Source: Patescibacteria group bacterium (GTDB lineage: Bacteria; Patescibacteriota; Patescibacteriia; XYB2-FULL-38-15). Taken from it: a DNA stretch of 64,000 nt. The stretch spans positions 12,315 through 76,314 of the forward strand of contig JBAZEY010000002.1 in the NCBI GenBank assembly GCA_041653675.1, given 5' to 3'. The notes beneath the pieces are model-generated. The model was not told the origin of the DNA. It did no database searches and saw only the letters and a program-made list of their open reading frames with translations. Positions within the stretch are counted from its first letter, which is position 1, and each line of letters begins with the position of its first letter. Below, piece after piece: positions 15,820 to 26,231 of the stretch. The translations under genes and the position numbers were made by a program.

Positions 15820-18471
15820 TTACAAATTCGCCGATTCATCAACAACTCGCATTGATGTCTTTTTTCTTCTAGTAATAAAAATGTATTTTACCACTTCAAT
15901 CAAAAGTATATTAATAATACCAAAACCAATGAGTAAAAGCCATTCATTTATTCCAAGCGGGACAGTCTTAAGAATTTTTTGAAAAAATGGAGTATATAAC
16001 GCCAAGGCCAACATCAGGAGACCTAATAAAACAGAGGCATTAAGAAATTTATTTTGGAAAGGACTATTTCCCCAAAGCGGGTGGCGCAATGTCCGGCAGG
16101 CATAAACATAAAAAAGCGAATCAATGCCAAGTCCAACAAAAACCATGGTGCGCGTATAGTCTAGGTCGCCCGTGATTCTCCAAAAATAATAGAAAAATCC
16201 AAAGAGAACTGAAATTGTAAATAAGCTGATGACAGTGATGATTATTTTCATTTCCAAATCAACAATCGGCTCATCTCTTCGCCTCGGCCGGCTTTGCATA
16301 CCCCCCCCCTCGCCCGCGTCAAAAGCCAGGGCCATGCTCGGCGGACTGTCTTCAATTAAATTAATCCATAAAATTTGGGCGGCAAGAATCGGCAAGGGAA
16401 AACCAAAAAATAAACTCGCGACAATAAGCGCCATCTCGGTAAATATATCTGAAAAAAGATATAAGATAACTTTTTTTATATTTTCAAAAATTATTCTTCC
16501 TCTTTCTACCGCTTTAACGATTGAATTGAAATTATCATCTAGAAGAATTATGTCTGCGGCTTCTTTGGCAACTTCCGTCCCGGAACCGAGGGCGACGCCT
16601 ACATCGGCCTTTTTAAGCGCCGGAGCGTCATTTACTCCATCACCGGTCATAGCAACCACTTCACCCTTTTTCTGCCATGCTTCAATTATTCTCATTTTGT
16701 GCCGAGGTTCAACGCGCGCGTAAACATCAATATTCTTTAAAATTTTAACAAATTCTTCATCGCTCATTTTATCCAAATCTTCCCCCTCTAAAATATTTTT
16801 TTCGCCAATGTCAAGTCCGATTTCCCCAGCAACCATTTGAGCGGTTAAGCGGTGATCGCCCGTAACGAGAATTGGCCTGATCCCGGCCTCCCGGCACATC
16901 TTTATCGCTTGAGCAGATTCTTTTCGCAAAGGGTCGCGAAGGGCAAGAAAGCCAACAAAAATCATTTCACTTAAATCACTTTCATCAATTTTTTCTTGCG
17001 CCGTATTTTTATGGGCAAAGGCCAAAATTCTAAGGCCCTTACCGGCTAAATCATCAACTTCCTTTTTAATTTTTTTTACTTTCTCGTGTGTTAACTTTTC
17101 TGTTTTTCCGTTAATCTCTAACCATCCGGACATCGCCAAAACTTTCTCTGGCGCGCCTTTAACATAAATCAAATTATTAATTTTAGATTTTGAATTTTTG
17201 ATTTCGTGCAGCGTTGCCATGTATTTTCTCCCCTCGTCAAAAGGAATCTCCCAGAGCCGAGGAAAAACTTTTCTAATTTCTTTTTGATCAACGCCTCCCT
17301 GCACTGCCGCCAAAAGCAGCGCCTGCTCAGTCGAGTCGCCAAAAATAATCCAATCTTCAAGTTTATCTTCCGGATTTTCAATTACCGCGTTATTACAGAG
17401 CAACCCCATTTCTAAAATTTTTGTTTTTGTTTCCTCGCTTCCAGTTTCCGTAAAAATATGGTCAACCATCATTTTCCCGAGAGTTAGTGTCCCGGTTTTG
17501 TCCGTACAAATAATCGACGTACTGCCAAGCGTTTCGGCCGCGACAAGTTTTCTGACCAACGCTTTTTCTTTCAAAATTTTTTGCATGCCAATAGCCAAAA
17601 TAACCGTTACTGTGACAATCAATCCTTCTGGTACGGCAGCCACGGCGGCAGCGACCGCGACGGTCAGCATTTCAACAAACGATCTCCCCTGCAATAATCC
17701 GATAATAAAAATTACAAAACAAATTGATAATAAAACAACTGAAAGCCGACGGGCAAAAGATGCTAATTTTTTCTGAAGTGGAGTCTGCTCTTCGGGCGCG
17801 CTACCAAGCATTAGGGCAATTTTCCCAATTTCCATTTCTTTACCAGTGGCGACAACAACCGCCAACCCGCGTCCGCGCACGACATTTGTCCCGCAATAGA
17901 CCATATTTTCCCTTTCAGCTAAAACCGTCCCAGGAACTAATTCTTTAACCGATTTTATTGAAGGCACAGCTTCGCCGGTTAGCGCCGCCTCTACAATTTC
18001 TAAATTTGTCACTTTAAAAAGTCTCGCGTCAGCCGGTATTTTGTCGCCAGCCTCAATTACAATCACGTCACCCGGAACAACTTCTTCGGCGCCGATCTCT
18101 CGTTCTAATCCATCGCGTAAAACCCTTGCCTTATGATCAATCACTTCTTTTAATTTTTCTATTGTTTTTTCCGCCTTTCTTTCCTCAAAAAATCCGATAA
18201 AAACATTTAAAAAAACTGCCGCCAAAATTATTCCCGTATCCATAAATTCGCGGAGAATAATTGTGATCCCTGCGGCAAACAACAAAACATAAACTAAGGA
18301 ATTTTTTAATTGATTAAAAAAAATACGACTATTGGTTAGCCGCTTTGCTTCGGGCAATTTGTTTGAGCCGTATTTTTCTAATCTCTTTTTCGCCTCGTCA
18401 AAACTTAAACCGCTTTCCGCGGTTTTAAATTTTGTAAAAATTTCGTGGATTTCTCTCGCGTGCCAATCCAT
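15820..18471 (-). CDS. P-type (type II, Ca2+/cation-transporting) ATPase
   Basis: CTDKTGTLT phosphorylation motif, TGDGVNDAPALKKADVG hinge, about 10 TM segments. Confidence 0.9.
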   Translation of the reverse strand: MDWHAREIHEIFTKFKTAESGLSFDEAKKRLEKYGSNKLPEAKRLTNSRIFFNQLKNSLVYVLLFAAGITIILREFMDTGIILAAVFLNVFIGFFEERKAEKTIEKLKEVIDHKARVLRDGLEREIGAEEVVPGDVIVIEAGDKIPADARLFKVTNLEIVEAALTGEAVPSIKSVKELVPGTVLAERENMVYCGTNVVRGRGLAVVVATGKEMEIGKIALMLGSAPEEQTPLQKKLASFARRLSVVLLSICFVIFIIGLLQGRSFVEMLTVAVAAAVAAVPEGLIVTVTVILAIGMQKILKEKALVRKLVAAETLGSTSIICTDKTGTLTLGKMMVDHIFTETGSEETKTKILEMGLLCNNAVIENPEDKLEDWIIFGDSTEQALLLAAVQGGVDQKEIRKVFPRLWEIPFDEGRKYMATLHEIKNSKSKINNLIYVKGAPEKVLAMSGWLEINGKTEKLTHEKVKKIKKEVDDLAGKGLRILAFAHKNTAQEKIDESDLSEMIFVGFLALRDPLRKESAQAIKMCREAGIRPILVTGDHRLTAQMVAGEIGLDIGEKNILEGEDLDKMSDEEFVKILKNIDVYARVEPRHKMRIIEAWQKKGEVVAMTGDGVNDAPALKKADVGVALGSGTEVAKEAADIILLDDNFNSIVKAVERGRIIFENIKKVILYLFSDIFTEMALIVASLFFGFPLPILAAQILWINLIEDSPPSMALAFDAGEGGGMQSRPRRRDEPIVDLEMKIIITVISLFTISVLFGFFYYFWRITGDLDYTRTMVFVGLGIDSLFYVYACRTLRHPLWGNSPFQNKFLNASVLLGLLMLALALYTPFFQKILKTVPLGINEWLLLIGFGIINILLIEVVKYIFITRRKKTSMRVVDESANL

Positions 18472-18482
18472 ATATTACATTG

Positions 18483-20060
18483 TTAAATTAGCGCCGCTCC
18501 AGTCATTTCATCTGGCTGCTTAATGTCCATTATTTTCAAAATTGTCGGAGCGACATCGGCTAAAACCCCAACCGAGGGCATTAAACTAAGATCTGCTTCT
18601 ACCGGAGGAATCGCGGCGATCTGATCCTTTAATTCTCGCCCGGCCAGGATAAAGGGCACAGCATTGGTACTATGTTCTTTATCAATATCTCCGGTTTGTA
18701 AATTAAAAACTTCTTCAGCGTTCCCATGATCCGCGGTAAGCGCCAAAACTCCGCCCATTGGAATTATTATATCCGCTATCTGGCCTACGCACTTATCTAC
18801 GGTCTCCACGGCTTCCACGGTCTCCTTATATTTCCCCGTGTGCCCAACCATATCGGCGTTCGCAAAATTAACCACAATAAAATCGTATTTCCGCGCCATA
18901 ATTTCCTTAATTAATTTTTCAGTAATAATTTTGGCGGACATCTCGGGTTTTTGATCGTAAGAAGCGACGTGCGGTGAAGGAACAATAATTCTGTCTTCTC
19001 CAGAAAATTCTTCTTCTCTCATGCCGTTAAAAAAGAACGTTACGTGAGCATATTTTTCCGTTTCCGCTATGTGAAGTTGTTTTAATCCGGCATCACTTAT
19101 AATTTTTGCCAGGCAAATTTTTACTTTTTCTGGCGGAAAAATAACTTCGACCGGCAAACCCTCTTCATATTCCGTCATTGTGGCGAAAAATAATTTTGGG
19201 AAAAATTTTTCTCTCTTAAATTTATCAAAATCTTTTATAACAAAAGATTTGGTCATTTCTCTCGCGCGGTCAGCGCGATAATTGAAAAAAATTACCGCGT
19301 CATCTTCCGAAATTGTGGCGACTGGTTTTTTTCTTTCCGTAATCACAACTGGAACAAACTCTTCGTCATAAATTTTCTTCGCATATGACGCTTCGATTGC
19401 TTTTATTGGATCAGAAAAATATTCTTCGCTTTTCCCTTCGGCAATGGCTAGATAAGCTTTTTCCGTTCTATCCCAACGATTGTCGCGATCCATCGCGTAA
19501 AAACGTCCGGAAACGGTGGCAATTCTTCCCACACCATACTCTTTAATTTTTTCTTGTAATTTTTTAATAAAATCGGATCCGCTGTTATAAATTGTATCTC
19601 GCCCATCAAGAAAACAATGGATGTAAACATTTTTTATTTTTTGCTCTTTGGCAAATTTCAGCAACGCATAAAGATGCTCACTTGTTGTATGAACGCGCCC
19701 GGTACTCACAAGACCCATCAAATGAAGACTTGATTTATTTTTTTTAACATGTGCGGCGGCGTCTCTTAAAGCTTTATTACTAAAAAAAGAACCGTCACCG
19801 ATGGCTTTATTAATTCTAGGGAGCGTTTGATAAAAAATTCGTCCCGTACCCAAATTCAAATGGCCAACTTCTGAAGTCCCCATTTCTCCCCAAGAAAGGC
19901 CTACTTCATCCCCAGAAGCCCGTAGGGTCATCGCGGGATATGTAGCTATTAATTTATCAACATTCGGCGTTTTAGCGCCTGAAATGGCATTCCCCTTTCC
20001 TTTCGGAGCAACCCCCCATCCGTCTAAGATAGCAAGCACTACTGGTTTTGGACGATTCAT
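18483..20060 (-). CDS. gpmI: 2,3-bisphosphoglycerate-independent phosphoglycerate mutase (copy 1)
   Basis: ILDGWG...SEVGHLNLGTGR...FLDGRD...ADHGN motifs. Confidence 0.9.
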   Translation of the reverse strand: MNRPKPVVLAILDGWGVAPKGKGNAISGAKTPNVDKLIATYPAMTLRASGDEVGLSWGEMGTSEVGHLNLGTGRIFYQTLPRINKAIGDGSFFSNKALRDAAAHVKKNKSSLHLMGLVSTGRVHTTSEHLYALLKFAKEQKIKNVYIHCFLDGRDTIYNSGSDFIKKLQEKIKEYGVGRIATVSGRFYAMDRDNRWDRTEKAYLAIAEGKSEEYFSDPIKAIEASYAKKIYDEEFVPVVITERKKPVATISEDDAVIFFNYRADRAREMTKSFVIKDFDKFKREKFFPKLFFATMTEYEEGLPVEVIFPPEKVKICLAKIISDAGLKQLHIAETEKYAHVTFFFNGMREEEFSGEDRIIVPSPHVASYDQKPEMSAKIITEKLIKEIMARKYDFIVVNFANADMVGHTGKYKETVEAVETVDKCVGQIADIIIPMGGVLALTADHGNAEEVFNLQTGDIDKEHSTNAVPFILAGRELKDQIAAIPPVEADLSLMPSVGVLADVAPTILKIMDIKQPDEMTGAALI

Positions 20061-20102
20061 AAAACTTATAACTTAAACTTGTCCGCCTTTGGCGGAAAAC
20101 TT

Positions 20103-21665
20103 TTAACTTAATAAACTTTTTTTTGTCATTTCTCTCGGTGCCGTCACTCCCATTACGTCAAGAACGGTCGGCGCGACATTAGCCAAAACTCCTTTTGGCA
20201 ATTTTTTTCTTTTCGGATTTTTAAAACGCGGACCGACCACAATAAATGGCACGGGATTTCTGGAATGTTCGGTGTCAATTTCTCCGCTCCTTGAGTTTAT
20301 CATTTCCTCAATATTTCCATGATCTGCCGTAATAATTGCTGTTCCTTCCCTTCTCCAAACGCCACGAATTATTTTTCCAAGACATTTATCGACTATTTGC
20401 GCCGCCCTGATTCCCGCGGCTAAATTTCCCGTGTGGCCAATCATATCCGGATTGCAAAAATTAACTGCCACAAAATCGTATTGCCCACCATCAATCGCCC
20501 GCCTAACTTCAACAGCAACTTTTTCCGCGTTCATTTCTGGTTGATCTTCATAATGCGGCGTCATGGGCGACGGAACTTTTATCCTCTCTTCTCCATAAAG
20601 CGCGTCGGCATTGCCACCGTTAAAAAAATATGTGACGTGCGCGTATTTTTCCTCCTCAGCAATATAAATTTGCTTCTTATCGCGAAGAACTGCCGGCAGA
20701 GCGCTCAAAATATTGCGCGAGGGATACGCTGTTAAAATATGGGGTAAATCCGGACCGAAATCAGTCATCGCCGCGAAAACAATATTTTTAGGAAATTTTC
20801 TTCTTCTGAACGACCCTGGATTTTTTTTAGTAAAATCTTTCTGTACAAAAGTTTTGGTTATTTCTCTTGCTCTATCCGAACGTAAGTTAAAGAAAATTAC
20901 TACATCGTCGTCGCCAACCGTTGCGATTGGTTTATGGTCATTCGTGACAACCGTGGGCATAATAAATTCATCAGTTTCTCCGCGGTTGTAGGCAGAAGAA
21001 ATCGCCGCTTCAGCCGATTCCGCCGTCGCCCCTTCGCCAAGAACCATAGCATTGTAGGCCGCCTCAATTCTCGGCCATCTTTTTACGCGATCCATCGCGT
21101 AGAAACGCCCCATAATGGAAGCTATTCTTTCGCCGTTATGAAAATGCGTTTTTAATTTTGGCAATAATCTAATCGCGGCAAAACGCGAAGAGTCGCGGCC
21201 ATCCGTAAAAAGATGTAAAAATATTTTTTTAACTTCGCTTTGGTGCAGCAAATCCAAAACTGCGTAAAGATGACCCGGGGAAGAATGGGCACTCTCGCCG
21301 TTTGAAAGCAGCCCCATTACATGAACCTTGCTGTTATATTGTTTGGCATGCCTTATGGCTTCAAGAAAAGCTGTATTTTTATAAAAAGTTCCGTCTTTAA
21401 TACTTTCGTTGATGTACATCGCGTCCTGTTTTACAATCCAACCAGCGGATAGATTCATATGCCCGGCTTCTGAATTCCCTTCTTGATCGTTTGGCAAACC
21501 AACAAACTTTCCGTGAGCGGAAAGCAAAGTATGGGGGAATTCTTCCCAAAGCGCAGTCATCGTTGGGGTTTTCGCGAGGGTTATGGCATTACCCGGCCCC
21601 GGCGGCGCTACTCCCCACCCATCGAGAATAACAAGCACGGTTGGTTTTTTATGATTTTTATCCAT
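20103..21665 (-). CDS. gpmI: 2,3-bisphosphoglycerate-independent phosphoglycerate mutase (copy 2, divergent paralogue)
   Basis: Same motif set as copy 1 (ILDGWG, SEAGHMNLSAG, FTDGRD, ADHGN), but the sequence is clearly diverged from it. Confidence 0.9.
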   Translation of the reverse strand: MDKNHKKPTVLVILDGWGVAPPGPGNAITLAKTPTMTALWEEFPHTLLSAHGKFVGLPNDQEGNSEAGHMNLSAGWIVKQDAMYINESIKDGTFYKNTAFLEAIRHAKQYNSKVHVMGLLSNGESAHSSPGHLYAVLDLLHQSEVKKIFLHLFTDGRDSSRFAAIRLLPKLKTHFHNGERIASIMGRFYAMDRVKRWPRIEAAYNAMVLGEGATAESAEAAISSAYNRGETDEFIMPTVVTNDHKPIATVGDDDVVIFFNLRSDRAREITKTFVQKDFTKKNPGSFRRRKFPKNIVFAAMTDFGPDLPHILTAYPSRNILSALPAVLRDKKQIYIAEEEKYAHVTYFFNGGNADALYGEERIKVPSPMTPHYEDQPEMNAEKVAVEVRRAIDGGQYDFVAVNFCNPDMIGHTGNLAAGIRAAQIVDKCLGKIIRGVWRREGTAIITADHGNIEEMINSRSGEIDTEHSRNPVPFIVVGPRFKNPKRKKLPKGVLANVAPTVLDVMGVTAPREMTKKSLLS

Positions 21666-21744
21666 TTTTTATAAAAATACAAGAACAAAATAACATAAAA
21701 AATAATTTTGTTATTTTGTCCCCTTTTTTATTTTTTTATTTTTA

Positions 21745-22521
21745 TTACTTTATCTCGTAACTCACGGTTACATTAACAAGAATATCCATGCTTCCGCTTT
21801 CAACTGTCGGCGCCGCCGCTTCTTCCCCACCGCCCATTCCGCCCAGATCATAAGATTTATACGCAGAATATGGAGTTTGCGCGTACTCGCTGAAAGAGAC
21901 TATTTTACCAAGACTAACACCTGCCACGCGAGCCAGGGCATCTGCTTTTTCCTTAGCATTTTCCAAAGCTTTCACTCTTGCTTCTTGCCGCAAAGCTTCG
22001 GGATCATCAATATTAAATGACAAACCACTCACTTGGTTAGCTCCTCCTTCACCAGCCGCCGCTAAGATGTCTCCAATTTTGCTCAAATTTCTAATTTTTA
22101 CCGAGACTCCCTGACTTACTTGATAACCTCTTAAAACTTGCTTCCCATTTGGCCAATCATACTGCGGATAAATATTGTAATAACTTGTTTGAATGTCTTT
22201 GCTCTCTACTCCTAAATTTTTTAAATTCGTGATAAGTCTGTTCATTTTTGTCGTATTTTCGAGTTGAGCGCTTTTCACGTCTGATTTTTCCGTCATTAAA
22301 CCTACATCAATCGTAGCAATGTCGGGGATGGCCGTCACTTTCCCTTCGCCAGAAATGGCGATAGTGTCCCGTTCAGCTGAAGGCTTACCAATGTACTGAT
22401 AATTTTTAATATTGTTCGCGACGATAGTCCCAAATACCGCGAAAAGTCCGACCATTACAAGAACGAGAACCACCGTGAAAAGTTTGCTGCTTTTCCACGT
22501 TGGCCAACAACAGTTGTCCAT
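21745..22521 (-). CDS. SIMPL (DUF541) domain protein
   Basis: TM anchor followed by the ISGEGKVTAIPDIATIDVGL... SIMPL-like pattern. Confidence 0.65.
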   Translation of the reverse strand: MDNCCWPTWKSSKLFTVVLVLVMVGLFAVFGTIVANNIKNYQYIGKPSAERDTIAISGEGKVTAIPDIATIDVGLMTEKSDVKSAQLENTTKMNRLITNLKNLGVESKDIQTSYYNIYPQYDWPNGKQVLRGYQVSQGVSVKIRNLSKIGDILAAAGEGGANQVSGLSFNIDDPEALRQEARVKALENAKEKADALARVAGVSLGKIVSFSEYAQTPYSAYKSYDLGGMGGGEEAAAPTVESGSMDILVNVTVSYEIK

Positions 22522-22592
22522 ATTTTTTTACAAACGACAGATGACTCGCGATAAACAAAATGTTAACCGCGAACTTAGTCGTTAGTTGTTAA

Positions 22593-23789
22593 TTATTTTA
22601 ATAATGGTTTAATCCCAGGCAAAATTTTTCCTTCCAAAAATTCGAGCATCGCTCCGCCGCCCGTAGAAAGGTGATCAATATATTCCGACATGCCAGTTTT
22701 GCTAACAGCTTCAATTGTTTCTCCTCCTCCAACTACGCCAAAAACCTTTCCTTTTGATCGCGCGGCAATAAGCCTTCCGAGCGCCACACTGCCATGGCTG
22801 TATTTTGGAATTTCAAAATATCCCATCGGTCCGTTCCAAACAATAGTTTGCGCTTTTCTAATAATTTCAGAATATTTTTTTATTGTCTCTGGCCCAATAT
22901 CTAAAAGGGCATACGGTTTTTTACAAAGCACTGCCTTTTTCTTAGGAACACTGACGACCCAGGCTTTCTTTCCCTTAAAATCCCCCACCACAAAATCAAT
23001 TGGCAAAATAATTTTTTTATTTTTCAAAAGTTTTTTTGCTGTTTTCAATTCCTTCGGTTCATATACCGAGGCGCCGATGCCATAGCCTTTCGCCGCCAAA
23101 AAATTATTTACCAGGGCTCCACCCAAAATAATTGAATTAACTTTTTTCAATAAATTTTCTATCACCGAAATTTTTGTGGAAATTTTCGCTCCGCCGATTA
23201 AACCGATAAACGGTTTTGATGGTTTTCCTAATAAACTACTAAGCACATTAATTTCTTTTTTCATCAAAAGCCCGGCATAGCTTGGCAAAAATTTCGGCAC
23301 GCCGACAATTGAAGCATGCGCCCGATGCGCCGCGGCAAAAGCATCATTTACATAAATATCCGCCAAACTCGCAAGCCCCGCAGCAAATTTCTTATCATTT
23401 TTTTCTTCACCTGGATGAAAACGCAAATTTTCTAGCATCATCACTTCGCCGGATTTCATCGCATCAATTTTTTTCAAACCCTTCTTCCCTTCCCAGTCAG
23501 CGGGCGCCGTTCCCTTCATTAGCAAAAGTTTTCCAAGCGTTGCGCCAATCGGTTTCAAACTTAAATTATTTTTTACCTTCCCGCCCGGATCGCCCAAGTG
23601 GCTCATCAAAATTACTTTTGCTCCTTGTCCCAGAAGATATTTTATTGTGGGCAGCGCCGCCCGAATTCTCGTATCATCAGCCACGACGATTTTTGCTCCG
23701 GATTTTTTAAGCGGAACATTAAAATCAACCCGAACCAAAACCCTTTTGCCTTTTAATTTTTTTATTTCGTCAATCGTTCGAAGTTTCAT
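22593..23789 (-). CDS. pgk: phosphoglycerate kinase
   Basis: RVDFNVP, SHLG.P.G and GGGD/STGGGA-type motifs across the full length. Confidence 0.95.
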   Translation of the reverse strand: MKLRTIDEIKKLKGKRVLVRVDFNVPLKKSGAKIVVADDTRIRAALPTIKYLLGQGAKVILMSHLGDPGGKVKNNLSLKPIGATLGKLLLMKGTAPADWEGKKGLKKIDAMKSGEVMMLENLRFHPGEEKNDKKFAAGLASLADIYVNDAFAAAHRAHASIVGVPKFLPSYAGLLMKKEINVLSSLLGKPSKPFIGLIGGAKISTKISVIENLLKKVNSIILGGALVNNFLAAKGYGIGASVYEPKELKTAKKLLKNKKIILPIDFVVGDFKGKKAWVVSVPKKKAVLCKKPYALLDIGPETIKKYSEIIRKAQTIVWNGPMGYFEIPKYSHGSVALGRLIAARSKGKVFGVVGGGETIEAVSKTGMSEYIDHLSTGGGAMLEFLEGKILPGIKPLLK

Positions 23790-23801
23790 AAATATTTTTT
23801 A

Positions 23802-24059
23802 CTATTTATCCCCCTCAATTTCTTCGAGTTCCCATGAGTCAGCTTTTATACTTTTCACTATCACTTCCGCGCCTTCAACTTTTGTCCCCCGCGCCAAAAC
23901 GCCAATATTAAATTTCAAATTTTCCGGATTTATTTCCGAACCATGTTCAATCACGCTGCCAAGGCCGACAACAATTTTTGTCACGGTTTTCAATTTATTT
24001 TTCTCGGCGTGATCTAAGACTAGCTTCAGGATGCGATCAGCCTCATGTAAATCATGCAT
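23802..24059 (-). CDS. HypA-like hydrogenase nickel-insertion protein lacking the zinc-finger module
   Basis: Has the MHD/MHE N-terminus and a HypA-like first 80 aa, but ends at 85 aa with no CxxC pairs. Confidence 0.4.
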   Translation of the reverse strand: MHDLHEADRILKLVLDHAEKNKLKTVTKIVVGLGSVIEHGSEINPENLKFNIGVLARGTKVEGAEVIVKSIKADSWELEEIEGDK

Positions 24060-24150
24060 AAATAGTATTTTGTATTTAGTATATAGTATCTAATATTTGG
24101 TATAAGTTAAAAATCAAATACTAAATACAAGATACAAAATACCAGATACC

Positions 24151-25416
24151 TCAATGTGTCGCACACGTCATACACGGATCGTATGCCCTGACCATCATAT
24201 TTATTTTCCATTTTCTATCACGATCGTCTTTAATATTTGCCTCATTTAAATATTTTTCTAAATCATTTTCTAAATTATCCAAAAATTGAGCCGTTGGGGT
24301 AATAATATTGCAGGCGCGGATAATGCCGTATTTATCAATTTTATAGTAATGATAAAGCGTACCGCGTGGCGCTTCCGTCGCTCCGAGCCCTTCGCCGTTT
24401 TTCAAAGTGTATTTTACCATTAAATTTCTTGATTTGTCGCGCAAATATTCTTTAAGCAATTTTCTTACTTCTTCAACACAATGAACGAGCTCCACTGACT
24501 GAGCGTAAATATTATGGAAAGTGTTATGTGTTAAAACCTTGCCATTCGGTTTTGGAAAAAACGATAAAAACTTTTTTGCTTCGGGATTCAAATAACGATG
24601 GCTCAAATTCAACCGCGCAATCGCGCCCGGCATAAAACTTTTACCAAGATGGCTTGCCCGTTTGGTCGGATCATCTTTAGTTTGTTTTTCCGAAAGTTCA
24701 TTATAAAACTTTTTCACCGGACGAGTCGACTCCACAGTTGATCCGATTACGCCATCATAAAACGCATATTCGCGCGGCGCAACAAGTCCGGCAAATTCCA
24801 CCTTACGTTCGTATTTTGGATAATCAAGCGCCCGAAAAAATTTCGCCACGCCAATCGCCGCTTCCAAGACCGGCTCGGTTTCATCAATCAATTTTTGAAT
24901 AATTTTATCGTCCAACACTCTTCGAAATCCTCCAATTTCCGTCACAATCATGTGCATATCCCGGCCGCCAACCACATCTTTAATTTTATTTCCAAAATCG
25001 CGGATCAAAATAATTTTTTTCGCGAGATCGGGATATTTTTTTATCAAATCAACATCGCTTTCATATTTGAAAAAATCCGACAAAGACAAAAAGAAAAGAT
25101 GCGCCGCGTGGCTTTGGATCGGCTCGGCGAGGACCAAAACTTTTCGGAGCCGCTCAATCTGCGGATTGATTTTTACGCCAAGCGCGTTTTCAATCGCCTT
25201 GATACTCGTGATATTGTGCGCCACGGAGCAAATGCCGCAAATTCGCGAAGTAACAATCGGCGTTTCAATATAATTGCGGTTTAAAATTATTGACTCAATC
25301 AAACGCGCGCCAATTACAATTTTCAATTTGGCGTTTTTAATATCGCCGGCGAGCATATCGGCAAAAAAACTAGCGTGCCCTTCAATTTTGGCGAGGTGGC
25401 TTATTTTTATTTTCAT
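24151..25416 (-). CDS. [NiFe] hydrogenase large (alpha) subunit, group 3-like
   Basis: N-terminal RICGICSVAH and C-terminal DPCMTCATH nickel-binding motifs. Confidence 0.85.
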   Translation of the reverse strand: MKIKISHLAKIEGHASFFADMLAGDIKNAKLKIVIGARLIESIILNRNYIETPIVTSRICGICSVAHNITSIKAIENALGVKINPQIERLRKVLVLAEPIQSHAAHLFFLSLSDFFKYESDVDLIKKYPDLAKKIILIRDFGNKIKDVVGGRDMHMIVTEIGGFRRVLDDKIIQKLIDETEPVLEAAIGVAKFFRALDYPKYERKVEFAGLVAPREYAFYDGVIGSTVESTRPVKKFYNELSEKQTKDDPTKRASHLGKSFMPGAIARLNLSHRYLNPEAKKFLSFFPKPNGKVLTHNTFHNIYAQSVELVHCVEEVRKLLKEYLRDKSRNLMVKYTLKNGEGLGATEAPRGTLYHYYKIDKYGIIRACNIITPTAQFLDNLENDLEKYLNEANIKDDRDRKWKINMMVRAYDPCMTCATH

Positions 25417-25418
25417 AA

Positions 25419-26177
25419 TTACTCTTCAATTCTCAAAAAATCATCTTCCGCGCCGTAGGTCTCCATAATTTCCCTGAGATATTTTTTCCCAACCAATTTT
25501 TCAATATTTTTCAAATGCTTCGTAATTTGCGGCCCAGCGCCCTTAAGCGGCCCGCGGCAACCATAACAAAATCTTTTGCTCCGAAGACAAATCGCTTTGC
25601 ATCCGCCGATCGTAATCGGCCCCATGCACGGCTCACCTTTTTGCAGGAGACACTCGTATCCGCTCGTCTGGCATTCGAAACATACCGGCCGGAGGGGAAT
25701 TTTCGGCGCGCGGCCGAAAGCAAGGTCGGAAATGACGCGATAAAATTCATCTTCATTAATCGGACATCCCGGAACAGTATAATCAACTTTTACAACCTTC
25801 CAAACCGGTACGACGGTCGGATTTTGTATCCGCTGATATTTTGGATAAACGTATTTTACTTTTTCATCCTTATCTTTTTCGGCATAATTTTTTATCTCCT
25901 GAACCCCGCCCAAATGAGCGCAACTGCCGATGGCCACCAAAATTTTTGATTTTTTCCGCAGTTCTTTTAGATATTTTATATCTTCCTCGGTTAACGGTGT
26001 TCCTTCAACTACGGCGATATCATAATGTGGGCGTTCCCGTTTTTCTTCCGCCCAGGCAAAATTTCCCAAATCAAAAACTTGGAAAATGTCTAATAACCTT
26101 TTCCCTAAATTTAGAATCTCCACCTGGCACCCTTCGCAACAAGTCATACTGGCGATTGCAAGAATCGGTTTCGGCAT
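25419..26177 (-). CDS. [NiFe] hydrogenase small (delta) subunit
   Basis: MTCCEGCQ N-terminal cluster motif. C-terminal Cys clusters (CFECQ..C, GPITIGGCKAIC). 2 nt upstream of the large subunit. Confidence 0.8.
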   Translation of the reverse strand: MPKPILAIASMTCCEGCQVEILNLGKRLLDIFQVFDLGNFAWAEEKRERPHYDIAVVEGTPLTEEDIKYLKELRKKSKILVAIGSCAHLGGVQEIKNYAEKDKDEKVKYVYPKYQRIQNPTVVPVWKVVKVDYTVPGCPINEDEFYRVISDLAFGRAPKIPLRPVCFECQTSGYECLLQKGEPCMGPITIGGCKAICLRSKRFCYGCRGPLKGAGPQITKHLKNIEKLVGKKYLREIMETYGAEDDFLRIEE

Positions 26178-26231
26178 ATATTATTCATTTATATTATAGC
26201 ACTTTCCGCAAAACCTGAAAAATTGATATAA

